Assembly: GCA_050084985.1 (NCBI GenBank)
Contig: JBITNC010000001.1
Span: forward strand, 70,804,001 to 70,868,000
DNA from: Nageia nagi
Lineage: Eukaryota; Plantae; Pinophyta
DNA: 64,000 nucleotides
Reading direction: 5' to 3'
Position 1 is the first letter of the stretch. Every line of letters begins with the position of its first letter. Below are positions 62,251 to 64,000 of this stretch, one piece after another. The notes beneath the pieces were generated by a model that did no database searches, had not been told where the DNA came from, and saw only the letters and a list, made by a program, of their open reading frames with translations. The position numbers and the translations under genes are program-made.

Positions 62251-64000
62251 ATGTCAAACCTATTAAAGGTTTTATTCATACATTATATTCCGAAGGTATT
62301 TTATGTTACTAGTAATGAAAATGCAAATATTTCTTATGCACCTACTAATCCTTTAGCTAAAAAAGCCTCTACACAAAGTAATATTGATAAACAAAAGTTT
62401 CTCAAAGACACAATGAAATAATCCATAAAAGCAAATAATTTATAAATTTATAGGGTCAGATAACCAAAAATGGTAGTGAAATTCCTTCATATAAAAAGAG
62501 TTTTGTAGAAAGATCTAATACTTCAACAAACATTGTAAATCAAATGGTTCATTCTAATAATGATGGATTTCAAACCCCACCAAATTAGTACATTCCTCTT
62601 ATCACAACCAAAGAGGAGAAATGATGATGAGATTTTAAAAAAAGTCATGATGTATAACAAAAATAAATACAAATTCATCAAACTTCTTAGTGAACTACTA
62701 GTTGAAGAGAAATCTTATGTAGTCAATGTAATTAAAGATGAACAAGTAATGAAATAACAAAGATTATGGCATTCTAATAGACATAAGGAATGTATATCTC
62801 CTGATGATATGAATCCTACACCAAGCAATGTAAATATGGTATTCCTCACAAATAGGTCAACAATTATAAAAAATTTCCATCTATTTTTTCTTCCTAATCC
62901 CAACATGAATGCTCACATCTATGGTAACGCTAATCCTAGCATAGATGCTGAGCCTCAGATAGAAGTAGTGGTATAAATTCCTCTAATAATCCTTGAGATA
63001 GATAAAGAAATAAGTATTCAATAAGGGAATATCAATATGATTCACAATACTAGCTAGAACATCATCCAACCTACCATACTACATGAGTTGCTTCACAAGG
63101 AAGCTCAGATTAACAATATAATTATAGTCAACAACACTAAAGATGCATTTATATAGGTTTAATAGGTTGAAGAATTCAAAAAACATATAGATAGATTAGT
63201 TGAATATGAGTGTGATCTATAGGACCCTACAAAATATAAAGAGATTAACAAAATCCTTGAATAAGTTGATATGCCATACTTAGATTGGTTAGAGGAAGAT
63301 AACATAATAAAGTATAGATTTTTCCATTTAGTAGATGAATGTGAAATAGAAAACATGAGTATACCATAAAAAGTATCATATTATAAAGTATTGATTCAAA
63401 AAGTTCAAGATGATTACAAAAATAAAACAAGATTTTTTCAACCTAAGAATAGGCAACCAACTCGATGTCCTATCATAGTATAAGAAGAATTATGGTATCA
63501 AGAGGAAGATATTGATAGATTGCTTGATCAAGCTATGCAAACCATTCTTGGATGGAATTAAGAAGAAACTGATATTAAATATATGAAATTACTAAAATGT
63601 AATAGAGAATACATGTTATTATTTCCTCACACCAACAAATAATGGTTAGTTCTAACAACTTTGCATAATATCATATGTGATAGAAATGATAAAAGTGGAG
63701 CTTTCAAATTTCTCAAGTATAGATAGAAATCACTAACATTTGAATAAGGGTAAAATTCAAAACAACAACTAGAGATTGTTTGAGAGAATATTTAGGCAAT
63801 TGTACCAAACTTAGAAACAACATTGCATGTGGTAAATATTGGAGACATACAAAATGTTAACACTTTGCATAAAATAATCTTAAAAATAGAAAAACAACAA
63901 GATTTGAAATCTTTGAGAAATGAAGACAACAATCCCTTATGCATGAGAATCAGATCAACTATGTTATATACTAGCAAAGATTTGAGATCTATAAAGTTCT
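62251..64000 (+). pseudogene. Long decayed ORF of unknown identity, running off the window end
   Basis: One frame reads as K/N/I/E-rich coding sequence for more than 1 kb with scattered TAA/TAG stops, then continues after apparent frameshifts; no domain recognised. Confidence 0.35.

Overview
Plant nuclear DNA, probably a gymnosperm. That is inferred from the conifer-style PLS-PPR remnants and from TE sequence almost devoid of CG; the taxon cannot be proven from the window. There is one intact protein-coding gene: a 5-exon, minus-strand POLTERGEIST-like PP2C phosphatase of the PLL4/PLL5 type, CDS join 5557-4321, 3976-3291, 3051-2938, 2579-2315, 2212-2097 = 2418 nt, 805 aa. Everything from about 8 kb onward is decayed mobile DNA. 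It starts with a 5' L1-type LINE piece, a probable tRNA-derived SINE, a ~68-bp array, a 141-bp tandem array built from an internally deleted PPR gene fragment, and a CACTA end. Then comes a multi-level nest. A minus-strand Tat-clade Gypsy (about 15.6-58.9 kb) hosts (i) a solo LTR, (ii) a plus-strand Tat/Ogre-like Gypsy (21432-~48750) with a tRNA-Trp PBS, G-patch, archaeal-type RNase H and an antisense plant-mobile-domain ORF, whose 5' LTR is itself split by a non-autonomous short-LTR element and a full-length Copia, and (iii) a minus-strand Sirevirus-like Copia with ~2-kb LTRs. The last 5 kb look like another LTR-type insertion followed by a long decayed ORF I cannot assign. All TE ORFs carry stops or frameshifts. 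Coordinates marked ~ are approximate and were read by eye.
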